From Gammaproteobacteria bacterium (GTDB lineage Bacteria > Pseudomonadota > Gammaproteobacteria > JAKDMP01): a stretch of DNA of 64,000 nucleotides. The notes beneath the pieces are model-generated. The model was not told the DNA's origin. It saw only the letters and a list, made by a program, of their open reading frames with translations, and did no database searches. Location: positions 1,918-65,917 of the forward strand of contig JBAUSV010000070.1 of assembly GCA_049581885.1 (NCBI GenBank), given 5' to 3'. Each line of letters opens with the position of its first letter. Position 1 is the first letter of the stretch. Positions 60,996-64,000 of this stretch are shown piece by piece. The translations under genes and the position numbers were made by a program.

Positions 60996-63166
60996 CTAAC
61001 GTTCAGCCGAGAGCGGCTCGATTTTCCTTCCGCCTTTGCACTCTACGGTTATCTGCCTGTCGTCGACGTGCACCGTTTCACGGCCCGACGCAAAATCCAC
61101 ATGCATACGTCCCATCTCCCGGGTAACAGAGGGCGCTGGTGCATCTGTCGAGTCTTTCGGCACGATCAACGTTACGATTCGTAACGGTAACGGAACATGA
61201 GCTGAATAGACCAGTGAAGGGGACGGTGTGCGCACTCCATAGTCCGGTGACACCCATCCGGCTATCGGATCGATATCACCCTTCCTGATTTGCATCTTGA
61301 GATCTACGGATGCAAATGATCCGATGAACAGACCACGCCTCTCGGAATCGGAGCAGACTGTCCAGCCATCCCGGTGCAGTAACGACTGTGACGGATCGAA
61401 TTGAAAGTGCTGCTCGACATGATGAGCTTCGGATCCGTAAAGATCGTCCACGAGAACCCAATAACAGGATTTTTTTACAAAAAGAATGCGCCTGCGATGC
61501 ATTACCGGATCGCTCAAACGCTCATAGGCATTGTGTGCGGCGTCGATAAAATCGAATTCCGGCATCGTAATCCACTTGCTTGCTCGCGCTCGCGGCCTGC
61601 CTATCCAGGAGAACGGTCCGGCCTGCACCGCCTGATCATCTCCATCCACAGTCACCGTGTTATGTGCACGAGTGCTTCGAAAGTAATTGCGCCACTCCGG
61701 CTCCGCCGTGTAGCAGTAGGTGCCGGGATCTACCAGCCTGGCTGTGCCGAAGGTGGCGCACTGTACGCTCAAGAGGTCGGCATGACCGTGGCCACTACTG
61801 AAAGGACAACCGAGGGGACCGACATCCAGCAGGAGTTGATGAGCATTTCGCTCCCAGTCACTGCGCATGATCGCATAGCCTCCTTCGGGGAACAGTCGGG
61901 AGGCGGCCATATCGGGTGGCGTGGCAGTCAGTGCCTCGAATTTTTCGCACCCGTCCCGACCCAGAAGCCAGGCTACCTCGGGAGCATTGCCTCCTGCAGC
62001 CCAGGCATAATCTGCTCGACCGAACACCGCCGCCGCCACGGCGAGAACTCCACGGCAGTCGTCGGCGCCACGATTGGCCAACGGCATCAATCGGCCACCA
62101 TCAGCATCGCCTATCTGGGGTAAGGTCCCGTCCGGGCGCCTTATAGCGACGAGATAATCGAGCAGTTTAGCTATGCGTTCTTTCACCGCGGAGGGTACAC
62201 TTACTCCGTTGCGTTCCACAAGAATCAGAAAATGCAGATAGATTTCTGCCGTATATCGTGCATAACATGTGGCCTGCTCGAAATACACGCCATCGTCCAG
62301 TACCTGACGCGGAAGCTGGTCGAGCAGTACCTGCGAACCCACGCGGCGCCAACGCTCGGCCTTCTTCAGCTCGGGGAAGAGCACGCCTGCGTACACCAGC
62401 CCCAATGCCTCACCCGTAAGGTGTGTATTGGGCGAAAAGTAATGCGACAGGTACTTCTCCACATGTGCCGCATGCACCCGAATCCAACCCAGCATTCCCG
62501 CATACAGTTGCGTAGAGAGGGCACGCGAACCGACAAGCAGGTGCAGTATCCAGCACCAGGCGATCAACCGGAAAGACACTTCCAGACTGCTTGCCCAGTT
62601 AATTCCGATGCCCGGAGGGTTATCGTGCATCCAGTCCCGCATTGCGGCAATCGTGGCATCGGCATACGTTTCATCGCCGGTCAAACAGTAGGCCTGGGCC
62701 AATCCCACCAGCCACTGGTGACGGCTCAACTCCCAGGTAACCTTGCTGTCGCCGACGCTGTTCCGGTCCAGCGGATCTATACGACTCCAGTGCACGCGCG
62801 GTGAGCTGCATCCAGAGACAGCATCCCGATGCCAGTCGAACTTGAACTTATTGAAACGCAGATCGTAGCCCATGAGTTTCAAGTGGTGCTTGCGGGCGGC
62901 ATCGGCCTGCTCGATGATACGTGTGCACGCCTCGGGGAAGCGCTGAGCGATGTATTCTCGAATCCCTTCGCCACCTGCCCCCGCGAAAAAGCGGGCCGAC
63001 TCTTCATGCCGGGGTATCTCCAACTCCGTTCCGTCCACGGCTTGACGAGCCTGCGTAGTGCCCCGTGCAGGTCGGCATGACGGTCGAGGGTCCAGATGTT
63101 CAAGCCAGCCCACCGACCAGGAGCGATTCGGATACAGACTCAACACCATGCGATCGATCGAACGCT
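60996..63166 (-). CDS. heparinase II/III-like family protein
   Basis: Alpha/alpha toroid plus the C-terminal beta domain typical of the heparinase II/III family. The start is uncertain (ATG 63166; the ORF continues to 63335 and would overlap the upstream gene). Confidence 0.65.
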
Positions 63167-63229
63167 GCATCTCCTGCCAACCACGGTTGGCAATTCCTGA
63201 AAAACCGGTATTCAGAACTCGTTGCAGCT

Positions 63230-64000
63230 TCACGCGGACGAATCCTGTACAGACGGAGATGATGCCGAAACAGATGTTCCGACTCGTGTTCCGTAAGGCG
63301 CACCGGGCGGTGCGTCCATAAATGTCCGGCACCACAGTTCGAAGGAGATAAGCGTCCAGAGCTGCAAATCGAGGTTGCGCCCGCCTGCGTGCATCTCGAG
63401 CAAACGCTCGATGTATCGCGGGTTGATAATTCCCCGTTTCACAGCGGTATCCGAGAGCAGAAGATCGCGCACGAAAGGTTCCAGGCTGCCCCGGAACCAG
63501 GCATTGAGCGGAACCGCAAAACCTTGCTTGGGGCGATCGATGATATCGTCGGGCAATATACCGCGCATGGCTGTCTTGAATACGCTTTTCGACACGCCGC
63601 CGCTGCGTTGCAGTTCAGGCGGAATACTCGCTGCAAATTCGACGATTTTGTGATCCAGAAGCGGCACCCGGGCCTCGATCGAATGTGCCATACTCATCCG
63701 GTCCACCTTGGTGAGAATGTCGAGCGGAAGATAACGGTGCAGATCGAGATACTGCAAGCGTGACAACCAGTGGGCCGGACCCTCGCGCAGCAGCATCCGG
63801 GCATCGTCCAGTGAACCCACGCCGTCGATTTCTCTTGCCACATCCGGCTGAAACAAACGCGTCCGCTGTTCCGGTCTGAAAGTCGCTCCTGCATCAAAAT
63901 AGCGATCCTCACCCGTAAGCGCCAGATGCCGAAGAAAATTGCGCCCCTTGGCGCCTTCCGGCATCCTGTCGCCTATATAGCCGAACACCTTACGCAACGA
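63230..64000 (-). CDS. second asparagine-synthase-family amidotransferase (partial; the 5' end is beyond the window)
   Basis: C-terminal AsnB synthetase region (SMAHSIEARVPLLD...GFAVPL); the gene runs off the window edge. Confidence 0.7.
   Translation of the reverse strand, partial: SLRKVFGYIGDRMPEGAKGRNFLRHLALTGEDRYFDAGATFRPEQRTRLFQPDVAREIDGVGSLDDARMLLREGPAHWLSRLQYLDLHRYLPLDILTKVDRMSMAHSIEARVPLLDHKIVEFAASIPPELQRSGGVSKSVFKTAMRGILPDDIIDRPKQGFAVPLNAWFRGSLEPFVRDLLLSDTAVKRGIINPRYIERLLEMHAGGRNLDLQLWTLISFELWCRTFMDAPPGAPYGTRVGTSVSASSPSVQDSSA

Overview
This is a high-GC (about 62-65%) proteobacterial chromosomal segment, mostly housekeeping genes with several accessory-looking inserts. In order along the window:

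- **0-10 kb:** ppc and a beta-carbonic anhydrase, two SDR oxidoreductases, an M23 lipoprotein peptidase, an Asp/Glu-type racemase, a GNAT, OsmC and a YgiD-type extradiol dioxygenase.
- **9.7-13.4 kb:** a phosphoribosyltransferase, an erythromycin-esterase-like protein and a frameshifted dienelactone hydrolase, bracketed by three copies of the dioxygenase 3' end.
- **13.4-19.8 kb:** an MBL-fold hydrolase, a tRNA-Arg(TCT)-His(GTG)-Lys(CTT) cluster directly downstream of uvrB on the minus strand, an AspAT and argR.
- **19.9-29.1 kb:** an 861-aa Ser/Thr/Gly/Asn-rich lipoprotein, tatD, a rhodanese, an acyl-CoA dehydrogenase, an orphan sigma-54-dependent type IVa pilin gene and an M20 peptidase.
- **29.2-32.6 kb:** a lower-GC patch holding a NERD-like protein, DUF962, a 389-aa unknown protein and an ATP-grasp protein.
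- **32.9-39.6 kb:** a complete Rrf2-sufBCDSUT-Rieske Fe-S operon.
- **40.4-47.9 kb:** ald, mazG, two NUDIX genes, purB, a GNAT, mnmA and a cupin protein.
- **48.3-52.2 kb:** an arsenosugar-type cluster (FAD disulfide oxidoreductase, ArsS radical SAM, TIGR04283 and TIGR04282 glycosyltransferases).
- **52.6-64.0 kb:** a regulatory module (RsbT-like switch kinase, an RsbU_N-domain histidine kinase and a NarL-type response regulator) sitting divergent to a lower-GC exopolysaccharide locus (GT2, sugar dehydrogenase, GT4, two AsnB amidotransferases, heparinase II/III-like).

The four things most worth a second look are the RsbT-to-two-component switch, the triplicated dioxygenase 3' end flanking the PRTase-esterase-hydrolase cassette, the 29.7-32.6 kb patch of unknown genes, and the structured 100-bp inverted-repeat element after mnmA. 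No CRISPR array, integrase or transposase was found.
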